Assembly (NCBI GenBank): GCA_030705695.1
Contig: JAUZPX010000001.1
Span: forward strand, 1 to 53,467
Source of the DNA: Bacillota bacterium
Lineage (GTDB): Bacteria; Bacillota; Clostridia; Oscillospirales; Acutalibacteraceae
Direction: 5' to 3'
DNA: 53,467 nt
Positions 1 through 9,367 of this stretch are shown here, piece after piece (the stretch's first letter is position 1; each line of letters begins with the position of its first letter). The notes under the pieces were generated by a model, which ran no database searches, was not told where the DNA came from, and worked only from the letters and a program-made list of their open reading frames with translations. A program made the position numbers and the translations under genes.

Positions 1-1005
1 CTTGTCAACCATTTCTGCAAGACTGTCATTGGTTAGATCTTTTTCTTCAATTATCAAAGCTGCTTCCTCGATAACCATTGCCATTGCATTATGAAATTGA
101 TGATTTTCCGCAACATTAGGCGACGGAATAAGGATAGACGGCTTCCCCGCTGCCTGAAGTTCGCTGAGTGTAATAGCTCCGGCACGAGAAATAACGATGT
201 CGGCAGCCGCCAAACAGGTAGACATATTGTTTATATACTCACGTATATCAAGATTTTTGCAGGACTGCAAATCAATACCGTTTTCTTTTAGTTCCTCTGG
301 AAACCATTTGCCGTATTGCCCGTATGCATGAATGTGCTGGTATTTTTGATCTTTGCCGCTGCGAATTATCAGCCCAAGCATTGCCTCGTTAAACTTCCGT
401 GCACCTAGACTTCCCCCAAATGACAAAATCAATGGGCGGTCGTCAAGCTGTAAAAGTTCACGTGCCTTACCTTTGTCTCCAAAAATAATCTCGCTTCGCA
501 CTGGATTACCGGTAATTACACAGCTACAGTTTTCGGGCAAAAACTTTTTAGCCGCTGGAACTGCAAGCATTATCTTCTTTACATATTTTGCAAGCATTTT
601 TGTTGTAATTCCCGGATAAGCGTTTTGCTCAAGAATTACAGTGGGAATGCCCATCCTTGCTGCTGCTCGAATGACAGGTCCGCTTACATAACCACCTGTA
701 CCAACGCAGATATCCGGCTTAAATTCCGATATAATCTTCTTTGCCTCGGCGCTAGAAGAAAACATTCTTTTTACCGTTACAATATTATCTTTAATTGCTT
801 TAGGTTTAAAACTGCGTTTAAATCCGCTTATTGTAATGCTTTTAAATAAATAGCCAGAGGGAGGAACCAAACGTTCTTCCATACCGCCTTTGCCGCCCAC
901 GTAAAGTATCTGAGCGTCATGTTCTTTACTTTTAATAAAACCGGCAACAGCAAGTGCAGGATTTATATGTCCGCCTGTTCCGCCGCCAGTAAATAAAACT
1001 TTCAT
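1..1005 (-). CDS. murG: MurG glycosyltransferase (lipid II synthesis); the 3' end runs off the left window edge
   Basis: Not in the ORF track because there is no stop in the window. My minus-strand translation from the ATG at 1003-1005 reads MKVLFTGGGTGGHINPALAVAGFIKSKEHDAQILYVGGKGGMEERLVPPSGY, which is the MurG G-loop signature. It follows ftsW in a dcw cluster. Confidence 0.85.
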   Translation of the reverse strand, partial: MKVLFTGGGTGGHINPALAVAGFIKSKEHDAQILYVGGKGGMEERLVPPSGYLFKSITISGFKRSFKPKAIKDNIVTVKRMFSSSAEAKKIISEFKPDICVGTGGYVSGPVIRAAARMGIPTVILEQNAYPGITTKMLAKYVKKIMLAVPAAKKFLPENCSCVITGNPVRSEIIFGDKGKARELLQLDDRPLILSFGGSLGARKFNEAMLGLIIRSGKDQKYQHIHAYGQYGKWFPEELKENGIDLQSCKNLDIREYINNMSTCLAAADIVISRAGAITLSELQAAGKPSILIPSPNVAENHQFHNAMAMVIEEAALIIEEKDLTNDSLAEMVDK

Positions 1006-1078
1006 TAAAATATCATCTGCCTTTCCGACCCGAAAAATAATATCAATTGCATTATACCGAGCCAGTCGGATTTTCTTG

Positions 1079-2410
1079 TTACGTTTTTTCTATATTTGCA
1101 TTTCTTGATATCGACAATATAATTCCCATTTGTACAAGCAGCATTAAAAGCGAGCTGCCTCCTGAACTGAAAAATGGAAGACTTATACCTGTGTTTGGAA
1201 GAAAGTCTGTAATAACAAAAATATTTAGTACGACTTGAAGCCCTACCTGAGCGGTCAAACCCATACCTAAGAGTGCTCCGAATTTATCTTTTGCACGCAT
1301 CGACATTGTAATTCCACGCCAAACAAGCAAACCGAAAACTCCAAGAATAATGATTGCTCCGATAAAACCAAGCTCTTCAACAACAATTGCAAACACGAAA
1401 TCGTTTTGTGGTTCAGGTAAAAATAGAAATTTCTGACGTGACTGTCCGAGTCCCAAACCCCAGAAACCACCCGAACCTATAGCATACAGTGAATTTCTGG
1501 TTTGCCATGTAGTTTGCCACATCTGGTTGGTTGTGTAGGTAAGAGCCTGACCCCAACCGTCCATACGTTCCATGGCATATCCAAGTTTGTTAGTAATCAA
1601 AAGCACAAAAAACACGACTAAAACACCGGCTAAAGCCATTACAAACCAGCGTAGCTTTGTTCCGTACAAGTACATCATAACAGCTGTTAATAGCGTCATG
1701 ATAACAATACCTGAAAAGTGAGGCTCTAACGCCAGAAGTCCGACAGTAGGAACCAATACGGCAAGCGCAGGAAAAACTCCGTAACGGAATGTGCTTGTCT
1801 TATCAAAATATTTTGCTCCCCAATGAGCAAAGAAAAGTATTAGCGCAAATTTTGTAAATTCAGAAGCCTGAAACGTAAACTGCCCCAGATTTATCCATCT
1901 TTTAACCTCTGAATTGCCTGGCCAAAATAAAACGGCTATCAATAATATAAATGATAAGCCAAGGATAGGCATGGCTAATTTGTGAAAGAAATGGTAATCG
2001 AAATATGATATCGCAATCATTGCAATAATTCCGAAAACAGCAAAAATTAACTGACGTTTTAGGTAATAGTAGCTGTCTCCCGTAGTATAGTAAGAGACAG
2101 GTGCACTAGCAGAAAACATCATTATAAGCCCTATGGTTACAAGAATCAGCACTAAAAGGCAAAAAGGAAGGTCAAGCCCCAGGCGTATTGAAAACATTTT
2201 AAATCTCATCTGAGTTTTGCTTAATCTTTTAGATACTTTTCCTGAAAACGCACTTTGAGGAGGTGTTTGAGGTAACCGCCTGTTCACAGTTCGGCCTTGA
2301 GAATTCTGAACGGAACTTCCACTATGTAAACTATAGTTGTTTCTTTCCGGCACAGTATTCCCCCTCTCCGCAATTAATAAAGTTATGTTAGAGACGACTG
2401 TTCGCCCCAT
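1079..2410 (-). CDS. ftsW: SEDS-family peptidoglycan polymerase FtsW/SpoVE/RodA type
   Basis: Polytopic membrane protein of 443 aa with the conserved C-terminal SEDS block (NTGISLPFFSSGGSSLL). It lies between mraY and murG. The first ~70 aa form a non-membrane extension. The best Shine-Dalgarno (GGAGAGGGGG) precedes an in-frame GTG at about 2350, so the true start is uncertain. Confidence 0.85.
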   Translation of the reverse strand: MGRTVVSNITLLIAERGNTVPERNNYSLHSGSSVQNSQGRTVNRRLPQTPPQSAFSGKVSKRLSKTQMRFKMFSIRLGLDLPFCLLVLILVTIGLIMMFSASAPVSYYTTGDSYYYLKRQLIFAVFGIIAMIAISYFDYHFFHKLAMPILGLSFILLIAVLFWPGNSEVKRWINLGQFTFQASEFTKFALILFFAHWGAKYFDKTSTFRYGVFPALAVLVPTVGLLALEPHFSGIVIMTLLTAVMMYLYGTKLRWFVMALAGVLVVFFVLLITNKLGYAMERMDGWGQALTYTTNQMWQTTWQTRNSLYAIGSGGFWGLGLGQSRQKFLFLPEPQNDFVFAIVVEELGFIGAIIILGVFGLLVWRGITMSMRAKDKFGALLGMGLTAQVGLQVVLNIFVITDFLPNTGISLPFFSSGGSSLLMLLVQMGIILSISRNANIEKT

Positions 2411-2429
2411 TTAATTATAAGAATTTTAC

Positions 2430-3464
2430 TTATAATTTATAGTGACCGCCAAATAAAACAATCAGAAACGACGCTATACCCATTACGACAGTAATCATGC
2501 TGAATACAACGGTAACTTTGATTTCCGACCAACCCTTAAGTTCAAAGTGATGATGAATAGGGCTCATCTTAAACAAGCGTTTGCCCTTTGTTGCTTTAAA
2601 ATACAATACTTGTAAAATTACCGAAAACATCTCCATAAGATATACAAGACCAAGCGGTAAAAGCAAAATCGGCATTCTTACCGAAAAAGCCAGCGCACAA
2701 ACGGCACCGCCTAAGAACAGCGAGCCTGTATCGCCCATAAAAACCTTAGCAGGATGGAAATTCCACATAAGGAATCCAAGGCAAGCACCTGCCAGAGCAG
2801 CTGCGCTTATTGCAGCACCCATAGATTGCATTAACCCTGCAATCAACATAAAGAACAGCGCAAAGAAGAAAGTAACCGATCCCAAAAGCCCATCTACGCC
2901 ATCGGTTAAATTAACTGCGTTGACAAGGCCTACAATTAAAAAGATACTAATAATCCAGTAGAAAATTCCTATATCAACATTTCCGATAAAAGGAATAATT
3001 GTATCTGTCCCTTTGCCGAAAAAATACTGTGCAACAAGATATCCTCCGGCAACAATGAATTGAAATATAAGCTTCTGCGTTCCTGTCAACCCGAGATTGC
3101 GCTTTTTCACTACTTTTATATAATCGTCGACAAATCCGATTGCCCCGAATAAAGCCGCCATTAAAATTCCTGTAACTATCTGAATCTGTTGCTGCATTTG
3201 TGCAGATTGAGAAAAATTCAATCCTCCGTAAGAGTAAATAAAATAGGCAGAACTTACACCGCAGATAGTGATAACTGAACCGATAATAAACATCAGTCCG
3301 CCCATTACAGGTGTTCCTTGTTTGCTTTGATGCCATTTTGGTCCTATTTCTCTGATTGTTTGCCCAAAATTTAATTTCCGCAAAAACGGAACAAGCCACT
3401 TACCTAAAAGTGCAGTTATTATAAATGCTGCTACGGCCGCAATAACCGTCCACATTCTATCCAT
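2430..3464 (-). CDS. mraY: Phospho-N-acetylmuramoyl-pentapeptide transferase MraY
   Basis: 344-aa polytopic protein with MraY motifs (NAVNLTDGVDGL, MGDTGSLFLGG, SPIHHHFEL) in a dcw context. Confidence 0.95.
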   Translation of the reverse strand: MDRMWTVIAAVAAFIITALLGKWLVPFLRKLNFGQTIREIGPKWHQSKQGTPVMGGLMFIIGSVITICGVSSAYFIYSYGGLNFSQSAQMQQQIQIVTGILMAALFGAIGFVDDYIKVVKKRNLGLTGTQKLIFQFIVAGGYLVAQYFFGKGTDTIIPFIGNVDIGIFYWIISIFLIVGLVNAVNLTDGVDGLLGSVTFFFALFFMLIAGLMQSMGAAISAAALAGACLGFLMWNFHPAKVFMGDTGSLFLGGAVCALAFSVRMPILLLPLGLVYLMEMFSVILQVLYFKATKGKRLFKMSPIHHHFELKGWSEIKVTVVFSMITVVMGIASFLIVLFGGHYKL

Positions 3465-3535
3465 TATTTTATCCTCTCGCTTAAAATTGTAATATGTACT
3501 TTCCTTACATGCAACTGCAAAGATTTTCCAATAAA

Positions 3536-4126
3536 TTATATTGCATTTATTCCGTCTATCATATCACTCATTGAAACTCCTGAAATAAGTAAAGCCCCTG
3601 CAATTGCAAGTGTTGTATCTACTGTCAGGCGGCTATCTCTGGGAATACGAATTCTTCCTATTATCCCTGTGCCAAGAATCTCGAATTTAAGCACATCTGA
3701 AAGCTCTTGAATATTTTTAGCAGTAAGATCCGCTTCAATTTCAGATACTGCATATTTTATAACCTCAACATTTTCGGGTAATGCTTCTCTGTTAAACGGG
3801 ATAACAGCCTTATCATATTTATGAAGATCAGACATATAATCAGATTTTGAACTATCAATGATAACAAGCGTTTTATCGTAAATATCCTCAGGTATTTTGG
3901 CATTTTCACCGCAGGTTACTATAAAGCCATCATCATCGTTATACTTTGAAAAATCCAGCAATGAAATATCTCCTGCTGTTTGTGCTTTAAAACCGCAACG
4001 ATTCAAAACAAACGTAAGTGAGTCACAAACAACAGATGAAAACGTCTGTGCACCGCTGACATATATTATTTTTAATTTAGTTTTTATATTAACCATTTGA
4101 TGCACAAGCCTTTCTATTTTAACCAA
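3536..4126 (-). CDS. Mur-ligase middle-domain-like protein, truncated and with a degenerate P-loop
   Basis: 196 aa in the murE/murF slot between the PBP gene and mraY. The layout resembles a Mur ligase central domain, but IYVSGAQTFSS replaces the GxxGKT/S P-loop. The N- and C-terminal Mur ligase domains are absent. Confidence 0.45.
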   Translation of the reverse strand: MVKIERLVHQMVNIKTKLKIIYVSGAQTFSSVVCDSLTFVLNRCGFKAQTAGDISLLDFSKYNDDDGFIVTCGENAKIPEDIYDKTLVIIDSSKSDYMSDLHKYDKAVIPFNREALPENVEVIKYAVSEIEADLTAKNIQELSDVLKFEILGTGIIGRIRIPRDSRLTVDTTLAIAGALLISGVSMSDMIDGINAI

Positions 4127-4138
4127 ACAAACTATTTA

Positions 4139-6400
4139 CTATCTTACAATATCTTCAGAATCATCTGAACTGCTGTTTGCAAAGGAAATGCTAATAACCG
4201 TTCCTGGGCTGACTAAAGTACCCTGCTCTATGTCTTGAGTAACAGAGGTATTTCCGCCCGAGGAACTTGCTCCTGAAATACATACATTTAAATCATACAT
4301 AGAAGCAATTCTGTTTACCTCAGTCATACTAAGCCCCGTAAGTTTCGGTACAGAAACTTGCTCGCCTGCACTCTTTGAATCGGTAAATAGGACGACTGTT
4401 CCGTTCTTCGGAACTGAAGCTCCGCTTTCTGGAATTTGGCGAACAACCTTATCACCTGAGCCTTTCACGATTGATGTCAATCCTGAGTTCTGAATCGAGT
4501 TTTTCGCCTTAGCAACAGAGTCACCGACATAGCTATCTGCTTTAATATCAAGGTTTGACAGCTCTTCAGCAGTATACTGCGGTTCAATATGCAAATATGG
4601 AAGAATTTCCTTCATGCACTGACCAAACACAGGAGCAGCAACCATACTTCCATAATAAGCACCGCTAGTTGGTGTATCGAAATAAACCAGAAGTGCAACT
4701 TGTGGTTTTTCTGCTGGGCAGAATCCGCAGAATGAAGAAATATAGTCTTCAATATCGGGTCCTTGCAAGTGATCTTTCTTTTCTGTTGTACCTGTTTTAC
4801 CAGCTACATGATATCCTGCAACATATCCGTTTCTTGCACCACCTGTCGTTGCATTTGTTTGAAGCATAGAACGGAGCTGAGCGGCAACATCCGATGAAAT
4901 AACCTGACGTTTTACTTTTGGCTCGGTAGCTTTAACCACATTGCCGTTACTGTCTAAAACTTTTGAAACAACATATGGCTGTACCAAATTACCGCCGTTT
5001 GCTACGGAAGAAATGGCTGTTATCAATTGGATAGGTGTAATTGAAAAGTTTTGACCGAAAGAGGCACAAGCCAAGTCGACAGCATCCATATAGCCTTCAG
5101 GCTCATTGTCGTGTTTGAAGAAAATATCTTCGCTTTCGCCGGGCAGGTCAATCCCTGTTTTTTGTGTAAAGCCAAATGCTTGAAAATATTTGTAAAAGCG
5201 AGCCGCCCCGATTGATTTTCCGATAGTCATAAATGCAGGGTTACAAGAATTACAAAGAGCCTTCAAAAAATTTTGTGTCCCATGGCCACTTGTATTCGAA
5301 CAGTGAATAACAACTCCCGGTGCGGGAGATAGCGAACCGGTACAAGTATAGTGCCATTTGTCGTCAACTACTTTTTCTTGCAACGCCATTGATGATGTTA
5401 TGATTTTAAAAACAGACCCCGGGTAGTAAGTATCGCTGATGGCTTTGTTACGCCACTGCTTTAATTGTGCCGCGGCAATTGCATTAGATTGTTGCGCAAC
5501 AGGCAATTTTTTGATTGCGGAAGCCGTAGCAGAGTCTGCAATATCAAAAGGATGGTTCGGATCAAATCCGCCCTCAACAGCCATGCCCAAAATAGCCCCT
5601 GTATTTACATTCATCATAATGGCAACGGCTCTGTTAATAACTTTATCTTTAACGATTTCTTGCTGTACGTATTTTTCAAGAATATGCTGAATTGTCTCGT
5701 CAATTGTCAAAACAACGCTATCGCCCTGCTGTGCAGGAACAAGCTGTTCGTAATTATAAGGCATATCCATTCCATTGGCGTTTTTAGCCGTTATAATCCT
5801 ACCGGATTTCCCTGTTAAATAATCGTTGTACTGATACTCAACACCTGCAAGACCTTGATCGTCACTGCCTGTAAAACCAAGTACTGCCGAAGCAAAATTC
5901 CCATATGGGTAATATCTCTTATAGTCTTGAATTAATTCAATTACATTACTAATTCCGTCTTCTTTTTCAATCTTATCTATAAATTTAAGTATTTTGTCTC
6001 TGGCATCGCTTTCAATTCTTCGTTTTACTATTTCAAAATAGTTATTTTTCTTTGCATGAGCCAAAACATCGGCAACGCTCATGCCAAGAATAGGAGCCAA
6101 TCCATCGGCGACAATTTGCCTTTGGGTGTCGTTTTTAAAATAGGCAGGTGCGAAAACAACCTGCCACACAGTAGCGCTTTGAGCTAAAACTTTGCCGTTA
6201 GTATCATAGATGGTTCCACGGCACGCACTTATGGTTGTGTCTTTTAACTGCTGCTCTACGGCTTTTTCACTTAGAACACTTCCTTGTGCAAGAGACAAGT
6301 AACCAAGCCGACAGATTGCCGCACCAAATCCCGTAACAAGGATAATGCTTAATAAAATTGCTGCTCTTTGTCTGAAACGCTGCTTGTTTCCTTTTGCCAT
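4139..6400 (-). CDS. Class B penicillin-binding protein (FtsI/PBP2B/SpoVD family) with two C-terminal PASTA-like repeats
   Basis: 753 aa with an N-terminal TM anchor and the transpeptidase motifs SVFK and KTGTT. Two PASTA-like repeats occupy the last ~130 aa. It is in the dcw position after ftsL. Confidence 0.9.
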   Translation of the reverse strand: MAKGNKQRFRQRAAILLSIILVTGFGAAICRLGYLSLAQGSVLSEKAVEQQLKDTTISACRGTIYDTNGKVLAQSATVWQVVFAPAYFKNDTQRQIVADGLAPILGMSVADVLAHAKKNNYFEIVKRRIESDARDKILKFIDKIEKEDGISNVIELIQDYKRYYPYGNFASAVLGFTGSDDQGLAGVEYQYNDYLTGKSGRIITAKNANGMDMPYNYEQLVPAQQGDSVVLTIDETIQHILEKYVQQEIVKDKVINRAVAIMMNVNTGAILGMAVEGGFDPNHPFDIADSATASAIKKLPVAQQSNAIAAAQLKQWRNKAISDTYYPGSVFKIITSSMALQEKVVDDKWHYTCTGSLSPAPGVVIHCSNTSGHGTQNFLKALCNSCNPAFMTIGKSIGAARFYKYFQAFGFTQKTGIDLPGESEDIFFKHDNEPEGYMDAVDLACASFGQNFSITPIQLITAISSVANGGNLVQPYVVSKVLDSNGNVVKATEPKVKRQVISSDVAAQLRSMLQTNATTGGARNGYVAGYHVAGKTGTTEKKDHLQGPDIEDYISSFCGFCPAEKPQVALLVYFDTPTSGAYYGSMVAAPVFGQCMKEILPYLHIEPQYTAEELSNLDIKADSYVGDSVAKAKNSIQNSGLTSIVKGSGDKVVRQIPESGASVPKNGTVVLFTDSKSAGEQVSVPKLTGLSMTEVNRIASMYDLNVCISGASSSGGNTSVTQDIEQGTLVSPGTVISISFANSSSDDSEDIVR

Positions 6401-6512
6401 ATTAAGCGGGTGCCTCTTTTCTTTGATTACTTTATGTGCAAAACGAGAGCTAAGATATTATCATCTCAACTCTCTTTTGTTCCCATACATACTTATTACA
6501 AAGCAATTGCGG

Positions 6513-7025
6513 TTATGACCAAAAACTATCAATCGCTTTTTTTAGGGTTTCAAAAAAACCATCGGGCTTTTTATCTACAACCTCCGCCTTGTCACCATGG
6601 GACAAGCTGATGAATTCCTTTTGATAGTTTTGCGCCTGACTCATTCCGAGTTTATCGCTTGCGTATTTTTCGATTACTGATGTGGAGTATTTTGATTCAA
6701 GTTTCATCTTTGTTTGTGTATAAAGGCTTTGATCGTCGCTTAAAACTTTTTGTGCGGAATCGATTTTTGCATTAATTTCCGTTAGCTGTGCCTGACCTTG
6801 AACAATTGAGCCTACGACTGCCGTAATAATAATCGCACAGAAAAAACCTACAAACAGTTTTACAGGGTTATGATGCCTGCGCTGTATTTTTTCAAGTTTT
6901 TCTTTCGGAAGCTTAATGATTTCGCCTTTTTTATTAGGTCGTGCGGACGGATTCTTTTTGGGACTTGCCGGAACGGCACTGCTTTCAAACAGCGAAAGAT
7001 CATACATTCTTTCAGTTGATGCCAT
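6513..7025 (-). CDS. ftsL: FtsL-like bitopic cell-division protein
   Basis: 170 aa with a single TM segment (LFVGFFCAIIITAVVGSIV) followed by a coiled-coil-like segment. It has the canonical position between rsmH and the PBP gene. The sequence itself is not diagnostic. Confidence 0.55.
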   Translation of the reverse strand: MASTERMYDLSLFESSAVPASPKKNPSARPNKKGEIIKLPKEKLEKIQRRHHNPVKLFVGFFCAIIITAVVGSIVQGQAQLTEINAKIDSAQKVLSDDQSLYTQTKMKLESKYSTSVIEKYASDKLGMSQAQNYQKEFISLSHGDKAEVVDKKPDGFFETLKKAIDSFWS

Positions 7026-7096
7026 TATGCTCCCCCATTTCCAAATCGTCTAACCAAGTGTCAGACAAATAAAAGCAATTACGCTTCATTGCGTTT

Positions 7097-8026
7097 TTAT
7101 TCGTTTTTTATTTTCTCGCATACCCTTAGTTTTGCACTGCGGCTTCTGGAATTTTCCTCAAGCTCCTGCTCTGAAGCCTCAAGTGGTTTACGGTTAACTA
7201 GTTTTGCTCTCGGTGTCTTTCCGCATACGCAAATTGGAAAATCCGCCGGGCAAGTACAGCCTGTACACCACTGAGCCATACGCTGCTTCACCATTCTGTC
7301 CTCAAGTGAATGAAAAGTGATGACCGCCAGCCTGCCGCCGACATTCAAAAGATTAAAGGCTTTGTCAAGCCCTTCTGACAAACTGTCCAGTTCGCCATTA
7401 ACGGCAATTCGTAATGCCTGAAATGTTTTTCGTGCAGGATGACCTTCTCGTCTTACACGCTGCGGAACGGCTGTTTTAATAATTTCCGCCAATTGAAATG
7501 TCGTTTCGATTTTTTGATTTTCACGGTTTTTTACTATCGCATTAGCAATACTGCCTGCATATTTTTCTTCGCCGTAATTGCGAATGATATTAACTAATTC
7601 AAAATAGGAAAGTGAATTTACCATATCGGCTGCTGAAATGCCATCTTGACTCATCCGCATATCAAGCGGAGCATCTTTATGAAATGAAAATCCACGATCT
7701 GCTTCGTCAAGCTGATGAGATGAAACTCCGATGTCCAGAAGCACTCCGTCAACTTTTTCAATTCCAACTGAATCGAGTAGCTTGTCCATATTTTTAAAAT
7801 TACCTTGAACGACTGTTGCTTTACTTTTTGGCAGCCGTTCCTGCAAAATTTTAATTGCATCAGGGTCTTGATCAATACAAATTAGTTTTCCTGTTGTGAG
7901 CTTTTCGACAATTACCTTTGAATGACCTCCGCCGCCTGCCGTGCCGTCAACATAAATTCCGCTTGGAATAATGTGAAGTCCTTCTATTGTCTCTTTAAGG
8001 AGCACAGGGATATGAGAAAATTCCAC
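7097..8026 (-). CDS. rsmH: 16S rRNA (cytosine1402-N4)-methyltransferase RsmH
   Basis: The N-terminus HIPVLLKETIEGL...YVDGTAGGGGHS is the RsmH/MraW signature. It follows mraZ. Confidence 0.95.
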   Translation of the reverse strand: MEFSHIPVLLKETIEGLHIIPSGIYVDGTAGGGGHSKVIVEKLTTGKLICIDQDPDAIKILQERLPKSKATVVQGNFKNMDKLLDSVGIEKVDGVLLDIGVSSHQLDEADRGFSFHKDAPLDMRMSQDGISAADMVNSLSYFELVNIIRNYGEEKYAGSIANAIVKNRENQKIETTFQLAEIIKTAVPQRVRREGHPARKTFQALRIAVNGELDSLSEGLDKAFNLLNVGGRLAVITFHSLEDRMVKQRMAQWCTGCTCPADFPICVCGKTPRAKLVNRKPLEASEQELEENSRSRSAKLRVCEKIKNE

Positions 8027-8094
8027 CTTGTCTCCCCTTCTTCATATGCTTTATATATTTAAGTTTAAGATTTTTTAATGCTTGTCCAAATTTA

Positions 8095-8514
8095 TCATAG
8101 TTCAAGTAAGCTCATAGCCTCGAGCATTGGATCTTCCGGTTGCTCTTTAAATTTGCTGTCCCAAGTTGCGGCATCCCAAATTTCAGCACGTTCGCCTGAA
8201 CCAATAATATAAACCTCTTTTTCAAGATGTGCATATTGCCTTAGCGGTTCAGGAATTGAAATTCGTCCTTGAGCATTAGGCTCTACTTCAGCTGCTCCCG
8301 AAAAGAAAATACGTTGCAGCCATCTTGCCTTTGAAATAGGCATGGCGCAAATTTTTTCTTTAAGTTTGTTCCATTGATCACACGAAAGAATAAACAAACA
8401 TCCGTCAGTTCCCTGAGTGATATAGCAAAGCTCGCCAAAATCCTCTCGGAATGATGACGGAATAATCACTCTGCCTTTGGCATCAATATTATGTTGGTGT
8501 TTTCCAATTAACAT
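8095..8514 (-). CDS. mraZ: Division/cell-wall cluster transcriptional regulator MraZ
   Basis: It contains two SpoVT/AbrB-like repeats (DAKGRVIIP and NAQGRISIP). The track ORF begins at GTG 8529, but the ATG at 8514 (MLIGKHQHNIDAKGR) fits the usual MraZ N-terminus. Confidence 0.9.
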   Translation of the reverse strand: MLIGKHQHNIDAKGRVIIPSSFREDFGELCYITQGTDGCLFILSCDQWNKLKEKICAMPISKARWLQRIFFSGAAEVEPNAQGRISIPEPLRQYAHLEKEVYIIGSGERAEIWDAATWDSKFKEQPEDPMLEAMSLLEL

Positions 8515-8545
8515 TTGACACACCCACACTCAAAAACGATTTTTC

Positions 8546-8585
8546 GTGCTCCTTTGTGACACTTTGTGCTACATCGTGCCACTTT
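8546..8585 (-). promoter_or_regulatory. Array of four 10-bp-phased direct repeats matching MraZ boxes
   Basis: The minus strand reads AAAGTGGCAC GATGTAGCAC AAAGTGTCAC AAAGGAGCAC, immediately downstream of the predicted -10. The AAAGTG[G/T] core is the consensus reported for MraZ operators in Mollicutes/Firmicutes. Confidence 0.65.
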
Positions 8586-8594
8586 GTTGTCATA

Positions 8595-8623
8595 ATTATA
8601 TTCCTTTGATTCAAAAAATGCAA
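8595..8623 (-). promoter_or_regulatory. Sigma-A-type promoter of the mraZ/dcw operon
   Basis: Minus strand: TTGCAT, a 17-nt spacer, then TATAAT. Confidence 0.6.
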
Positions 8624-8679
8624 GATATATTTTCATTTAAAAAATTAACATAAAAGCGTGAAAATCGGCTAAAAAAAGC

Positions 8680-8720
8680 AAAAAAATAGCACGGACACAT
8701 TTGATAGTGTTACCGTGCTA
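8680..8720 (-). terminator. Intrinsic terminator after the 8815-9270 gene
   Basis: Minus-strand hairpin AGCACGG...CCGTGCT followed by ATTTTTTTGCTTTTTTT. Confidence 0.6.
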
Positions 8721-8814
8721 AATCATCTACAATATATTGTACTATGCAAGATTAAAATAATTTTTTAATAAAAATATTAAATTTTTGTTACTATTGCCGA
8801 AAGATAAGACGAAA

Positions 8815-9270
8815 TCAGTTGCGCTGGGAAGATTTCAAGCTTTGACGTGTTTTCTTAATCTCGTTAAGCTGATTTGTAATGAGCTCATCGGTGCGTCGCA
8901 TAATGTCATCAATATAATCGTTAGCTGCTTTACGCATCTCTGCCGATTTCATTTTTGCGTCGTTCATAATTTCCTGACTCTGTGTTTGAGCAAGACGTAC
9001 AATCTCGCTTTGATTGATCATTGCTTTTCTGCGTGCTTCCGCATTACGAATGATCTCCTCTGCTTCCTGTTTTGCTTCAGAAACAATCTGTGCTCTGTCG
9101 GCAACAATTGCCTTAGCCTGGCGAAGTTCTGCCGGTAATGCACCTTGGATTTCATCGACGATGTTAAGAACACGTCCTGTGTCGATAACGCTTTTCCCCC
9201 CTGTTAAGGGTAAGTTTTTTGCATCACTGATCACATTTTGCAATTCATTAATTAAATCTTCAACTCTCAT
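8815..9270 (-). CDS. Coiled-coil protein of the family often annotated ATPase / V-ATPase subunit H-like
   Basis: Highly helical and charged sequence (AELRQAKAIVADRAQIVSEAKQEAEEIIRNAEARRKAM). A good SD (AGGGAG) precedes the ATG at 9270, so the longer track ORF (to 9342) is probably over-extended. Confidence 0.5.
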   Translation of the reverse strand: MRVEDLINELQNVISDAKNLPLTGGKSVIDTGRVLNIVDEIQGALPAELRQAKAIVADRAQIVSEAKQEAEEIIRNAEARRKAMINQSEIVRLAQTQSQEIMNDAKMKSAEMRKAANDYIDDIMRRTDELITNQLNEIKKTRQSLKSSQRN

Positions 9271-9367
9271 CCTAAATCTCCCTCTAACAAAAAAATTTGA
9301 ACATTCCATTTCCATTAACAGCGGCAAGCCGCTAAATTCCATATTATATACAGACTACAGACAAAAT

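Noticed and set aside
2581-2961. Long antisense ORFs inside well-supported genes (for example 2581-2961, 9014-9382, 9405-9764, 11489-11830, 38158-38592, 47148-47597, 24947-25240)
   Set aside because: These are shadow ORFs opposite genes with clear family signatures. They lack ribosome-binding sites and have no recognisable motifs.
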